64,000 nt of DNA from Flavobacteriaceae bacterium (GTDB lineage Bacteria; Bacteroidota; Bacteroidia; Flavobacteriales_C; GCA-002722245): assembly GCA_964230605.1 (NCBI GenBank), contig CAXRIN010000046.1, forward strand, positions 11,793 through 75,792, read 5' to 3'. Position 1 is the stretch's first letter; every line of letters starts with the position of its first letter. Positions 47,336-57,098 of the stretch are shown piece by piece. A program made the position numbers and the translations under genes. The notes below the pieces were generated by a model that searched no databases, had not been told where the DNA came from, and saw only the letters and a list, made by a program, of their open reading frames with translations.

Positions 47336-48090
47336 TGCTCAGTTTTACAAATCATAAAATTTTAATAACCGGAGCTTCATCGGGCTTAGGTAAAGCTGTG
47401 GCTGAATTATTAAATTCTTTAGGTGTTTATACCGTTTTATGCGGTAGAAATGAGGAGAAATTAAATAATATAAAAAACTTACTAAGTGCCCCTGAAAAAG
47501 CTAATGTTTTAGTGGTTGATTTTAATGATAACGTTTCGATTAAATCATTCTTAAAAGTTAGTGTTGAAAATTCTGGTAAGTTCACAGGGTTTGTTCATTG
47601 TGCTGGAGTTGATATTACTAAGCCATATAAATTACTTAAGGAGACCGATTTTAACTTATTATATAAATTAAATATTACAACCCCGTTTCAGTTATCTAAA
47701 GAGTTAGTGAATAAATCTTTTTTTAGTGAAAATGGAGGGAGCTTAATTTGGATGAGTTCGGTGATGGGGACTTTGGGACAGAAAGGGAAAATAGCATACA
47801 CAACAAATAAAGCAGCAGTTGAAGGATTAATTAAATCTTATGCTTTAGAGTTAGCTCCCAGAAAAATAAGAGTTAATAGTGTTGCTCCTGGAATTGTAGA
47901 AACACCATTAACAAAAGATTTATTTTCTAAGTTATCTCTTGAGAGAGTTCAGGAAATTAAAAATATGCACCCTTTAGGGTTTGGAGCACCAGGTGATGTA
48001 GCGAATTTAGTTGCTTTTCTTTTAAGTGATCAATCCAAATGGATCACAGGAACTACTCATTTTATCGATGGAGGATATCATATTCAATAA
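47335..48090 (+). CDS. SDR-family oxidoreductase (FabG-like 3-oxoacyl-ACP reductase)
   Basis: TGASSGLGKAVA cofactor motif. Catalytic YTTNK (YxxxK). TAATG overlaps with both neighbours. Confidence 0.8.
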   Translation: MLSFTNHKILITGASSGLGKAVAELLNSLGVYTVLCGRNEEKLNNIKNLLSAPEKANVLVVDFNDNVSIKSFLKVSVENSGKFTGFVHCAGVDITKPYKLLKETDFNLLYKLNITTPFQLSKELVNKSFFSENGGSLIWMSSVMGTLGQKGKIAYTTNKAAVEGLIKSYALELAPRKIRVNSVAPGIVETPLTKDLFSKLSLERVQEIKNMHPLGFGAPGDVANLVAFLLSDQSKWITGTTHFIDGGYHIQ

Positions 48091-49034
48091 TGGAGGGGTT
48101 TGATATTGTAAAACTTTCGGATGAACATTTTAAGTTGCTATTGCCTCTTTACAGCAAAGCGTTTGGTCAATCTATGGATGAACATGAACTGAGAACGAAG
48201 TTTGATACCTTAAAGATTTGTGGAGAAAAAAATGTAGGTTTTATAGCACTGAATGAAAAAGGTGAAGCTGCAGCTTTTTATGGTGTATTTCCTTGTTACG
48301 CTATTAAAGGTGATAATCAGGTTTTAATAGCACAGTCTGGTGATACTATGGTTGACGCAAAATACAGACGAAAGAAATTGTTTGTAAAGTTGGCGGAAAC
48401 AACTTTTGAGTATTGTAGAGCTAAAAATATTAAGGCTGTTTTCGGATTTCCGAATATATATTCATTTCCAAGTTTTGTTAAAAAGTTAAAGTGGACTCAT
48501 ATTCATAACATTGTTAGTTATCAGTTAAGAGTTAAGTGTTTACCTTTTATTCGTATTAGAAAACTTTTTAAGTTGAAAGAAGACTTTTTTCTTAACTATC
48601 AATTAAGGTATTTAAGGAGGCAGAGTAAAAAGGTTAAAGAATACCATTCCATAAATCAAAATATTTCGAATTATACTATTAATAAAAACAAACAATTTAT
48701 TGAGTATAAGGCCTACTTTGAGAAATACTTTCTGAATCTTTCCGGTGTAAATGTTTGGGTAAAACCTAATGCTATGTTTTTGCTGGTTGGGGATGTTGAA
48801 GATTGTGACGAAGTTACTTTTGTTGGCGTACTTGATGAGTTAAAAAAGATAGCTTTCAGATTAGGAATTCCGCATATTAGGATCCAAATGTCACCTGAGA
48901 CAAAGTTGGAGACTATGGCTAAGAAGTATTTATATAAAATGGATAATGAATACCCTGCAGGTGGAATCTCCTTTGATAGTAACTTTAATATTCATGATTT
49001 ACGTTTTGTTTTAGCTGATTACGATACTTTCTAA
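48090..49034 (+). CDS. hypothetical protein, possibly GNAT/FemAB-like acyltransferase
   Basis: Start MEGFDIVKL (TAATG-coupled to the SDR stop). ~315 aa, consistent in size with Acetyltransf_6/FemAB-like folds. No unambiguous motif seen by eye. Assignment rests on context (ACP module upstream, NodB-type deacetylase downstream). Confidence 0.25.
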   Translation: MEGFDIVKLSDEHFKLLLPLYSKAFGQSMDEHELRTKFDTLKICGEKNVGFIALNEKGEAAAFYGVFPCYAIKGDNQVLIAQSGDTMVDAKYRRKKLFVKLAETTFEYCRAKNIKAVFGFPNIYSFPSFVKKLKWTHIHNIVSYQLRVKCLPFIRIRKLFKLKEDFFLNYQLRYLRRQSKKVKEYHSINQNISNYTINKNKQFIEYKAYFEKYFLNLSGVNVWVKPNAMFLLVGDVEDCDEVTFVGVLDELKKIAFRLGIPHIRIQMSPETKLETMAKKYLYKMDNEYPAGGISFDSNFNIHDLRFVLADYDTF

Positions 49035-50053
49035 TGTTACATAAAATCTTAATATCCCTTTTTTATCGTTTCCCTTTTCTAACTAAAAAAATTTTAAGAG
49101 GGAAAGGTTTTGTGTTTATGTTGCACCGAGTGCTACCTGCTGAAGAAAGGGGTTACGAATGGAATAAAAGTTTGGCGATTTCACCTGAAGCTTTAGAAAA
49201 ATGGGTGAGCTTTTTCAAACAAAAAGGGTTTGATGTTGTCTCTATGGATGAAGTTTACAGGCGAGTGAGGAGTAAGAAATCCAAGCCTTTTGTGGCATTT
49301 ACAATGGATGATGGGTACAAGGATAATTTGACTTATGGTTTGCCAATCCTTGAGAAGTTGAATATTCCTTGCACGATTTATGTTGCCAATTGCTTTCCCA
49401 ATAATCAAGCGATTTATTGGTGGTATTTTTTAGAAGAGTACATCAATGAGAATTCTAAAATAGACTTGACCCCACTTGGGATTAGTTATTCTTCCCACAT
49501 TAGTGATGAGAACAAAAAAAGCGTTTACGATGAGGTGAGAGAGTTATTGAGAAAGTCCACCTACGCGGTACATAAAAAATTTGCCCTTGAAATTTGTGGT
49601 ATCCAAGACCTCAATGCTTTGAACAATCGATTCAATTTGACTTGGGAGGAAGTACAGCAACTTTCGGAACACTCATTGATTACCATTGGTGGACATACTA
49701 AAAGTCATGTTAGTTTGGCAAATCAAACCAAAGAAAGCGCTAATACCGAAATCCAATTGGGAACAGAAGAATTGGAAAAAAAACTCAGTCAATCTATTCG
49801 CCACTTTGCTTATCCTTATGGTTCTTTAGATGATGTTAGTAATTCACTTTTCGACCCATTGGCGCAATCAGGCTACCAAACAGCTGTTTTAAACCATCCT
49901 GGAAGTATATTTTATGATGGCTCAAATCATCTTTTTCAAATTCCAAGAATGGGTTTATCGGATGAAACCTCTAGGGAAAGATTGAGTGAATTGATGGAAG
50001 GAAAACTTCATCTTAATTTCAATGGGGTTAAGAAGAGAATTATAAGTGGTTAA
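49034..50053 (+). CDS. polysaccharide deacetylase (NodB-homology, CE4) family protein
   Basis: Motif 1 FTMDDGYKDN (TFDDG-like), His motif GGHTKSH and further CE4-like spacing. 339 aa. Confidence 0.75.
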   Translation: MLHKILISLFYRFPFLTKKILRGKGFVFMLHRVLPAEERGYEWNKSLAISPEALEKWVSFFKQKGFDVVSMDEVYRRVRSKKSKPFVAFTMDDGYKDNLTYGLPILEKLNIPCTIYVANCFPNNQAIYWWYFLEEYINENSKIDLTPLGISYSSHISDENKKSVYDEVRELLRKSTYAVHKKFALEICGIQDLNALNNRFNLTWEEVQQLSEHSLITIGGHTKSHVSLANQTKESANTEIQLGTEELEKKLSQSIRHFAYPYGSLDDVSNSLFDPLAQSGYQTAVLNHPGSIFYDGSNHLFQIPRMGLSDETSRERLSELMEGKLHLNFNGVKKRIISG

Positions 50054-50110
50054 ATGCAACATTTTATTAATAAGCATATTTGATATAACTTCGCAGTCAA
50101 TTTCACAAAC

Positions 50111-51070
50111 ATGGCGGAAATAGAATTATCTATTATAATAGTAAATTATAAAACACCAGAGTTAACCTCAAAATGCATTCAATCCATTTTTGAAAATACT
50201 AGAGATCTAACTTTTGAAATTATTCTAGTAGATAACAATTCACAGGATGGGTCAAAAGATTTCATTCTCAGTGATTGTCCCAATATCTCATGGGTTCAAA
50301 TGGATGATAATGCGGGGACTTCAAGAGGTTACAATGCAGGCGTTAAAAGTGCTAAAGGGAAGTATGTTTTAATTCTTAATTCCGATACAGAATTAAGGGA
50401 TAATGCCATAAAGAATTCATTGGATTTTCATAAAAAGAAAGAGTCTGAATGTAAAGTAGGTTTAACCAGTTGTCAAATAAAAGGTTTTGATGGGGTCATT
50501 CAATATAATTCTAATCCTAACTTCCCTTCTGTTAAAAAATATCTAGCTAAGCATCCAGTATTGTATAAGTTTGGTGCAAGGGCGCCAAAGAATTTATCAA
50601 ATGAAGAGAAATTAACCTTGCACAAATCCAATCATGAGACATCTTGGATTGGTATTGCTTTTGGTATTATAAATAAGGAAATATTTGATAAAGAGGGATT
50701 GTATTTTGATGAAGATATTTTTATGTACTCTGATGAAGTGGAGTGGTGCTACCGTTTAAAGCAATTAGGGTATAGACATTTCTTTACAGCTGATTACACA
50801 ATTTACCATGTTAACTCTGGAAGTTCTGTAACCAATGAGTGGAGGTATGGTCAAATATTCCTCTCTGAATTAATTTACTTCTATAAAGTTAAAGGTAAGT
50901 TTTACTATAACCTGATTCTTCGGTCATTGAAATATTTTTTTAAGAAGGACAAAACAACAGCTAATCAAATCGAAATAGATGTTGTAAAACGTTATGGGAA
51001 CAGAATTAAAGAAGAATATCAACCAAAAGTGAGTTCAGGTAAGACATACTTAAAATATGAGCTAAAATGA
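50111..51070 (+). CDS. glycosyltransferase family 2
   Basis: LSIIIVNYKTPELTSKCIQSI, LVDNNSQDGS and NSDTE (DxD-like) motifs. Confidence 0.75.
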   Translation: MAEIELSIIIVNYKTPELTSKCIQSIFENTRDLTFEIILVDNNSQDGSKDFILSDCPNISWVQMDDNAGTSRGYNAGVKSAKGKYVLILNSDTELRDNAIKNSLDFHKKKESECKVGLTSCQIKGFDGVIQYNSNPNFPSVKKYLAKHPVLYKFGARAPKNLSNEEKLTLHKSNHETSWIGIAFGIINKEIFDKEGLYFDEDIFMYSDEVEWCYRLKQLGYRHFFTADYTIYHVNSGSSVTNEWRYGQIFLSELIYFYKVKGKFYYNLILRSLKYFFKKDKTTANQIEIDVVKRYGNRIKEEYQPKVSSGKTYLKYELK

Positions 51071-52197
51071 AAAAAGTTTTAATTACAGGAGGTGCAGGGT
51101 TTATTGGGTCACATTTGGTGAACAAGATTCATAATGATTATGATATAGTTGTTTTGGATAATTTAAATCCGCAAATTCATGGAAAGGATAAAGATTCATA
51201 TACCTACAATTCAATAAAAGGCAAATGCGAGTTTTTTGAAGGTGATGTAAGGGATGAGTCTACCTTAAAAAGCCTCTTGAAGAACACTGATGTTTTGATT
51301 CATTTAGCTGCAGAAACAGGTACTGGTCAATCAATGTATGAGAATGCAAGATATGTTGAAGCAAATTGCTTAAGTACTTCCTATATTGCAGATTTTTTAG
51401 GGTCAAAAGAAAGCAAAATAAAGAAGGTAATTGTAGCTTCTTCGAGATCAATTTATGGCGAGGGAAAGTACAGGAGCAAAGAATTAGGAATAGTGTATCC
51501 AGACTCTCGTGAGGAAAAAGATATGGCTAATGGGGTGTTCGACTGTTTATGTCCGGTAAGCAGGGAGCCATTAGAGGTTTTGCCAACATCCGAGGACTCA
51601 AGAATTCACCCTATTTCAACCTATGGACTAACCAAGTTTTTTCAAGAGAATATTTTAGAGTCTACTTGTAACGCTTTGGGTGTAGATTTTGTAGGTTTAA
51701 GATTTCAAAATGTTTATGGTGTAGGTCAGTCTTTATCGAATCCTTATACTGGAATAATCTCAATTTTCTCAACAAGATTCAGAAAAGGGAAAGGAGTAAA
51801 TATTTTTGAAGATGGAAAAGAATCACGTGATTTTGTTTACATTGATGATGTAATTTCTTCTCTTGTAAGTTCAATAGAATATAAAGGAAAAAGTAGTCTT
51901 ATTTTAAATGTAGGAAGTGGTGAAATGACTACTGTCCTTCAGATTGCAGAAATATTAAAAGATAATATAAATCCTAACGTTTCTATTGAAATATCCGGAG
52001 CTTTTAGAAAAGGGGATATTCGTCATAACTATGCAGACCTTACTTTAATTAAGAAGGAATTTGGTTTTAAACCAACAGTTTCGATTAAAGATGGGCTTCG
52101 TAGGTTCTGTGATTGGATGTTGAATGAAGAGGAAGGAGAGGACAAATACGAAAAATCATTAAAAGAGTTAAAAGAAAAGAACTTGTTAAGTAAATAG
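51067..52197 (+). CDS. NAD-dependent sugar-nucleotide epimerase/dehydratase (extended SDR)
   Basis: VLITGGAGFIGSHL Rossmann motif. Catalytic YGLTK (YxxxK). 376 aa with insertions. Confidence 0.8.
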   Translation: MKKVLITGGAGFIGSHLVNKIHNDYDIVVLDNLNPQIHGKDKDSYTYNSIKGKCEFFEGDVRDESTLKSLLKNTDVLIHLAAETGTGQSMYENARYVEANCLSTSYIADFLGSKESKIKKVIVASSRSIYGEGKYRSKELGIVYPDSREEKDMANGVFDCLCPVSREPLEVLPTSEDSRIHPISTYGLTKFFQENILESTCNALGVDFVGLRFQNVYGVGQSLSNPYTGIISIFSTRFRKGKGVNIFEDGKESRDFVYIDDVISSLVSSIEYKGKSSLILNVGSGEMTTVLQIAEILKDNINPNVSIEISGAFRKGDIRHNYADLTLIKKEFGFKPTVSIKDGLRRFCDWMLNEEEGEDKYEKSLKELKEKNLLSK

Positions 52198-52203
52198 TGC
52201 TTT

Positions 52204-53724
52204 ATGCTATTTAACTCTTTAAATTTTCTTGTGTTTTTCCCGGTGGTATTTTTGTTATACTGCTTGGTGAAACAAAAATATCGTTCGATTTTACTACTTA
52301 TCGCGAGTTATGGTTTTTACATGGCTTGGAATCCTGTTTTTATCTTTTTAATAGTATTCTCTACAATTGTTGATTATTTCACAGGAATTAAAATTTCAAG
52401 AGCTGAGACTAACAATAAAAAGAGAGTTTTTTTGGCGGTCAGTTTGATCTCTAATTTAGGTTTATTATTCTATTTTAAGTATTGGAATTTCTTTTTAGAT
52501 AATGTATACGAAATTTTAAATTTTTTTGAGATTTCCCACACAAAAGATCATTGGGAAATTATGCTTCCAGTTGGAATTTCATTTTATACGTTTCAGACCC
52601 TATCATATACAATTGATATTTACAAGGGGAATCTTAATCCTCAAAAACACTTTGGGAAATTTGCTTTATTTGTTTCCTTTTTTCCACAATTGGTGGCTGG
52701 TCCTATTGAGAGGGCAACAAACTTAATTCCTCAACTAGAAAAGCTAACAATCATAAAAAAGGCTGATGTTGAGTTAGCAGTTTTCCAAATTGTATGGGGA
52801 TTCTTTTTAAAAATAGTTGTGGCTGATAACATAGGTATGTATGTTGATATTGCTTATGATAATTATGAGCATCTGTTTGGAGTGAAAATGTTATTACCTG
52901 TAATTCTATTTTCTTTTCAGATTTTCGCGGATTTTGCAGGTTATTCTTGTATCGCAATTGGAATTGCAATGTTTTTTGGGGTGAGATTAATGGATAATTT
53001 TAAATCTCCATATTTTTCCCGTTCAATTTCTGAGTTTTGGTCCAGGTGGCATATATCTTTAAGTACTTGGTTTAAAGATTACTTATATATTCCATTGGGA
53101 GGGAATAAAAGAGGTTCTTATCGTACTTTGCTAAATCTATTTGTTGTATTTATTGTTAGTGGAGTATGGCACGGGAGCAATTGGACTTTTGTAATATGGG
53201 GAGCAATTCATGGTGTTGTAATATGTCTCGAAAGGGTTTTGCCATTGAAAATAGATCCAAAAATTGATATTTTTCATAAGTTTTATAAATCTATTAAGAC
53301 CATTTGGGTATTTGCTCTCGTAACCCTTTCATGGTTATTTTTTAGGGCTGACTCTGTCGAACAAGCTTTAGCAATATTCATTAGTATTAAGAAAAATTTT
53401 GTTTTGACAATAAAGGACTTCGCCTGGATTGTTAAATCTAGTTTTACAACTGAAGATTATAGGGTTTTAAGTGTTTTCGAATGGCTGGTTAAAGATTTTG
53501 AAAAAGGTGAAATAACCAATTCTAATTTTGTCTTATTCAGTATTACAATTGGCGTTTTTTTAACTAACATTATGGAATTTATTAATAGAAACAAAGGGGC
53601 CGTTTATTTTGTAGAGAAAGTGGGGCGAATTAAAAAGGTTGCTTGGGTTTCTGTATTGATAATGGCTATTTTTTATTTAGGTCAGTATTCAGGGAATGAT
53701 CAATTTATTTATTTTCAATTCTGA
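52204..53724 (+). CDS. MBOAT-family membrane-bound O-acyltransferase (AlgI/DltB/PatA-like)
   Basis: 506 aa polytopic. Conserved MBOAT region FWSRWHISLSTWFKDYLYIPLGGNKRG with the catalytic His. Confidence 0.85.
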   Translation: MLFNSLNFLVFFPVVFLLYCLVKQKYRSILLLIASYGFYMAWNPVFIFLIVFSTIVDYFTGIKISRAETNNKKRVFLAVSLISNLGLLFYFKYWNFFLDNVYEILNFFEISHTKDHWEIMLPVGISFYTFQTLSYTIDIYKGNLNPQKHFGKFALFVSFFPQLVAGPIERATNLIPQLEKLTIIKKADVELAVFQIVWGFFLKIVVADNIGMYVDIAYDNYEHLFGVKMLLPVILFSFQIFADFAGYSCIAIGIAMFFGVRLMDNFKSPYFSRSISEFWSRWHISLSTWFKDYLYIPLGGNKRGSYRTLLNLFVVFIVSGVWHGSNWTFVIWGAIHGVVICLERVLPLKIDPKIDIFHKFYKSIKTIWVFALVTLSWLFFRADSVEQALAIFISIKKNFVLTIKDFAWIVKSSFTTEDYRVLSVFEWLVKDFEKGEITNSNFVLFSITIGVFLTNIMEFINRNKGAVYFVEKVGRIKKVAWVSVLIMAIFYLGQYSGNDQFIYFQF

Positions 53725-54662
53725 TGAAAAAGATAATTGTCACATACCTCATACTTCCAATTGTTTCTCTATTGATTTTCTCTTTGGTGCTCACCAGGTT
53801 TGATTCTCCTTCTAATGACTTTCTAAAAGGGATTGAGTTAAAGGAGAAAATTGCAGAAAAAGCTATTGGGCCTAAGATTATTTTAGCGGGTGGGTCCAAC
53901 TTAGCTTTTGGAATTAAATCATCAATAATTAAAGAAACTACTAATAAAGAGGTTGTAAATCTTGGAATAATGGCTGGATTGGGGGTTTCTTTTATGTCCA
54001 ATCAATTTATGGAATATGTTTCCCCAGGAGATTTAGTTGTTTTTGTCCCTGAATACACATTGTACTTTGCACCAAAGATTGAAGGTTTAAATCCTGTTAT
54101 TTTAAGTGCGGTTTATTCCTACCCTCCATCTGCCAGACATGTTGATGATTTGAATTTCATTAAACATGAACACTTTAAATTCCAATCTAGGTTTCAAAGA
54201 TTGATACAGAGTTTTTCAACTGTTCCATCTAGTAAAATTTATAGATATGAGTCCTTCGATGAAAACGGGGAAGTTAAAATAAATCATAAATCAAAAGTTT
54301 CTTTAGAGGATTTTAAAAATTATAATTTCCCAATTGATTCAAATAAAATTAATAATGAAAATTTTGAAGACTTTATTAATTACATGAAAAAGGTTAAGTC
54401 TAGGGTTGAAAATAAGGGGGCATCTTTAGTACTTAGTTATCCTCCAGGAAAAAAGGATTTTAATTTTCAAAAATCTGTTTTATTACTTAAGGAAGTTTTA
54501 AACAATAATGGATTTGAGTATTTAGGTAAACCAAGTGAGTTTGCCTTTGGTCATGACATGTTTTTTGATGATATTCCCCATTTAACTCAAAAGGGTGCAG
54601 AATTGAGAACTATAAAACTAGCCAATATTTTAAAAAAATATTTCAATGGAAAAGTTGATTAG
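53724..54662 (+). CDS. membrane-anchored extracytoplasmic partner of the MBOAT enzyme (AlgJ/DltD/PatB-like, SGNH-type?)
   Basis: Start overlaps the MBOAT stop by 1 nt. Single N-terminal TM. LAGGSNLAFG resembles an SGNH block-I region. Inference mainly from the conserved MBOAT+partner gene pairing. Confidence 0.35.
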   Translation: MKKIIVTYLILPIVSLLIFSLVLTRFDSPSNDFLKGIELKEKIAEKAIGPKIILAGGSNLAFGIKSSIIKETTNKEVVNLGIMAGLGVSFMSNQFMEYVSPGDLVVFVPEYTLYFAPKIEGLNPVILSAVYSYPPSARHVDDLNFIKHEHFKFQSRFQRLIQSFSTVPSSKIYRYESFDENGEVKINHKSKVSLEDFKNYNFPIDSNKINNENFEDFINYMKKVKSRVENKGASLVLSYPPGKKDFNFQKSVLLLKEVLNNNGFEYLGKPSEFAFGHDMFFDDIPHLTQKGAELRTIKLANILKKYFNGKVD

Positions 54663-55689
54663 TCTAAATAGACATCAGAATAATTTTGATCTGATTCGTT
54701 TTATCGCGGCAACCTTTGTCATTTTTAAGCATTCTAATGCAATTTTAGGAGTTGATGAGTATTGGTTTTTAGATTATAATTTGCCGTTTTTAGGAGTTCC
54801 TATTTTTTTTACGATTAGTGGTTACTTAATATTAACTAGTGCTATTTATTCCAAGTCATCAATAAATTACTTTTGGAAGAGATCGTTACGGATTTTTCCA
54901 GGATTAATAATCGCTTTAATATTCACTGTATTAGTAATAGGCTTGTTAGATACAAAGTTAAATTGGTTAGATTACCTTGCTAATCCACAATCTTGGAAAC
55001 ATCTAATATCAGCATCATTATATAAACTAGAATTGAATTTACCTGGTGTTTTTGTAGATAATAAAGTAACAGAAGTAAATGGATCCTTATGGACGTTAAA
55101 GTATGAATTTAGCTGCTATGTTATAATTTTTTTATTGTTTAAGGTTTTAAATAAAAAACTGTTAAAATATGGCGTTTTATTTGTTTGGATAGCCTTATTA
55201 GGAGTTAGGTTTTATTTGGGAGATAAGATAAATTATTATAACTATTCATTTCCTTTATTGCTTAATCATAATTTCAAATTTGTTATTGAATGGGGAATTT
55301 ACTTTTTCTCAGGAGGAGTGTTTTTTTATTTAAAAGATTTTTTAAACTTAAACTTTAAGTTGTTTGCATTAGCAACAATTATATATCTCATTTTATATGT
55401 ATTTCTTTTAGATTACGTTAAATATTACCAGTATTTCTATATTCCTTTAATGGTTTTTTATTTGGGGCTTTTAAAAGGAAAAACGAACTCTTTCGGGAAA
55501 TATGGAGATTTCTCATATGGACTTTATATTTATGCTTTTCCAGTACAGCAGCTTTTATGTTCATTTTTTGACTCAAAAATGGAAGGGGCAATTCTTAGTT
55601 TATTAACGCTGTTAATTGTTTTGCCTTTATCTTTTTTATCATGGAGGTTAATTGAAAAACCTGCTTTAGCTTTTAAAAATAAACTATAA
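54646..55689 (+). CDS. acyltransferase family 3 (OafA/NolL-like integral membrane O-acyltransferase)
   Basis: N-terminal NFDLIRFIAATFVIFKHS motif (conserved His). ~10 TM segments. 347 aa. Confidence 0.8.
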   Translation: MEKLISLNRHQNNFDLIRFIAATFVIFKHSNAILGVDEYWFLDYNLPFLGVPIFFTISGYLILTSAIYSKSSINYFWKRSLRIFPGLIIALIFTVLVIGLLDTKLNWLDYLANPQSWKHLISASLYKLELNLPGVFVDNKVTEVNGSLWTLKYEFSCYVIIFLLFKVLNKKLLKYGVLFVWIALLGVRFYLGDKINYYNYSFPLLLNHNFKFVIEWGIYFFSGGVFFYLKDFLNLNFKLFALATIIYLILYVFLLDYVKYYQYFYIPLMVFYLGLLKGKTNSFGKYGDFSYGLYIYAFPVQQLLCSFFDSKMEGAILSLLTLLIVLPLSFLSWRLIEKPALAFKNKL

Positions 55690-55764
55690 GCTTTTTGTTA
55701 TAAAAAGTGTAAGTCTTCAAACAAATTTGAACTTTTAGGTTAAAAAAATAAGATAGACTTTGTT

Positions 55765-56769
55765 CTAATTTAAAGCTAATTTTCGATTCATTTTTCTCCT
55801 TGCTTCCAAGGTTTTGTATTTAGCTGATTTTCTTTTGTTTAAAATCTTCTTGTCGTTTCCATAAAAAACATCTGCTGGTGTTAAATTTCTAATGGATTCG
55901 TGGTATCGTTCATTGTTGTAATAATTCACAAACTCTTCCATTTTGGCTTCTAACTGACCGGGAGAAAAGTAATTATCGAGCTTTACTACATTTTTCATCG
56001 ACCTGTGATAACGTTCTATTTTACCCTGTGTTTGCGGATGTAATGGTCGACCTCTAACATGTTTTATTTCCATTTCGGATAAATACTTTTCAAGGTCTTT
56101 AGAGATGTAACAAGAACCGTTATCTGACAGTAATTTTGGACGATTTTCAGTAAGTCCAGTTTTAGCTAAAGCTTCATCGATTGTGTCCTGAACATCGCCA
56201 GCCTTCATAGTTGAGCATAACTTCCAGTTCACGATATACCTGCTGTAATCATCTAAAATAGTTGACAAGTAATACCAGCCCCAACCAAAGATTTTGAAGT
56301 AGGTAAAATCGGTTTGCCACATTTGGTTTGGACCTGAAGTTTTATCATAAAACTGATCCGAAGCACTCATCACCATAAAGAAAGGTGTTGTGATTAAACC
56401 ATTCTCTTTCAGGATTCTGTAAACGCTTGATTCACTGATGTAATAATTATACTTATCAGTAATATTCTAAGCCAGTTCCCGAGGAGATAACTCAGGGTTT
56501 TCTAGTGATATTTCAACTACTTTATCTCGATCAGCTTGAGCTATTTTATTCCAAGCTGGTTTCTTGTTGGATTTCTTTCGAGCAAGCCCTTCATAACCAT
56601 TTTCGGAGTATGCTTTGTACCAGTTGTAGAACGTGGTTTTATTTACCTTCAGCTGCTTTAAAGTTCTGCTTACTCCTAAGTCTGAACCCTCTACCAATCG
56701 AATGATTTCCATTTTTTGTGATTGAGAATAATGCATATACTTCTTTCTTTTTAAGCATCCCCATTCCAC
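55765..56769 (-). pseudogene. IS3-family transposase OrfB (DDE integrase core) interrupted by an in-frame TAG at 56467..56469
   Basis: The ORFs 56467..56769 and 55765..56376 are in the same frame. Translation reads ...PELSPRELA-[TAG]-NITDKYNYYISESSVYRILKENGLITTPFFMVMSASDQ... DDE residues are present downstream (WQTDFTY, LSDNGSCY, NERYHESI). Confidence 0.7.
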
Positions 56770-57098
56770 TTTTTTTTAAGTTGCCTTACTTCTAGAAACA
56801 ACTCAGCTACCGTGGATTTTAAATCGTGATTCTCGTTCTTTAAGTCCTGAACTTCTGATGTGTTAGCCTCCCGAAGCGTATCGCCCTTTAATCGAGCTTT
56901 ACCTGCTTCCATAAAGTCTTTGGTCCACTTGTAGTAATTAGCCTGAGAGATGCCTTCTCTTCGGCATAGTTCGGCTACAGTTGTTTCTCCACGCATACCT
57001 TCAATGATGATGCGGATCTTTTCTTCTGAAGAATACGTTTTTCTTGTTTTTCGCTTCAACTCACTGATCAGTGAGTTTGTACTTTGTTTTTTACTCAT
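56751..57098 (-). CDS. IS3-family transposase OrfA (HTH)
   Basis: 115 aa. HTH region LCRREGISQANYYKWTKDF. Leucine-zipper-like C-terminus. Ends 3' of the A-AAA-AAG slippery site. Confidence 0.8.
   Translation of the reverse strand: MSKKQSTNSLISELKRKTRKTYSSEEKIRIIIEGMRGETTVAELCRREGISQANYYKWTKDFMEAGKARLKGDTLREANTSEVQDLKNENHDLKSTVAELFLEVRQLKKKWNGDA
56769..56777 (-). other. programmed -1 ribosomal frameshift site (A AAA AAG heptamer within an A8G run) joining orfA to orfB
   Basis: Minus-strand sequence CTT AAA AAA AAG TGG in the orfA frame. The orfB frame is -1 relative to orfA and open from this run. Canonical IS3-family motif. Confidence 0.6.

Noticed and set aside
53705-54001. 98-aa minus ORF overlapping the MBOAT/partner junction
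   Set aside because: Antisense shadow ORF.
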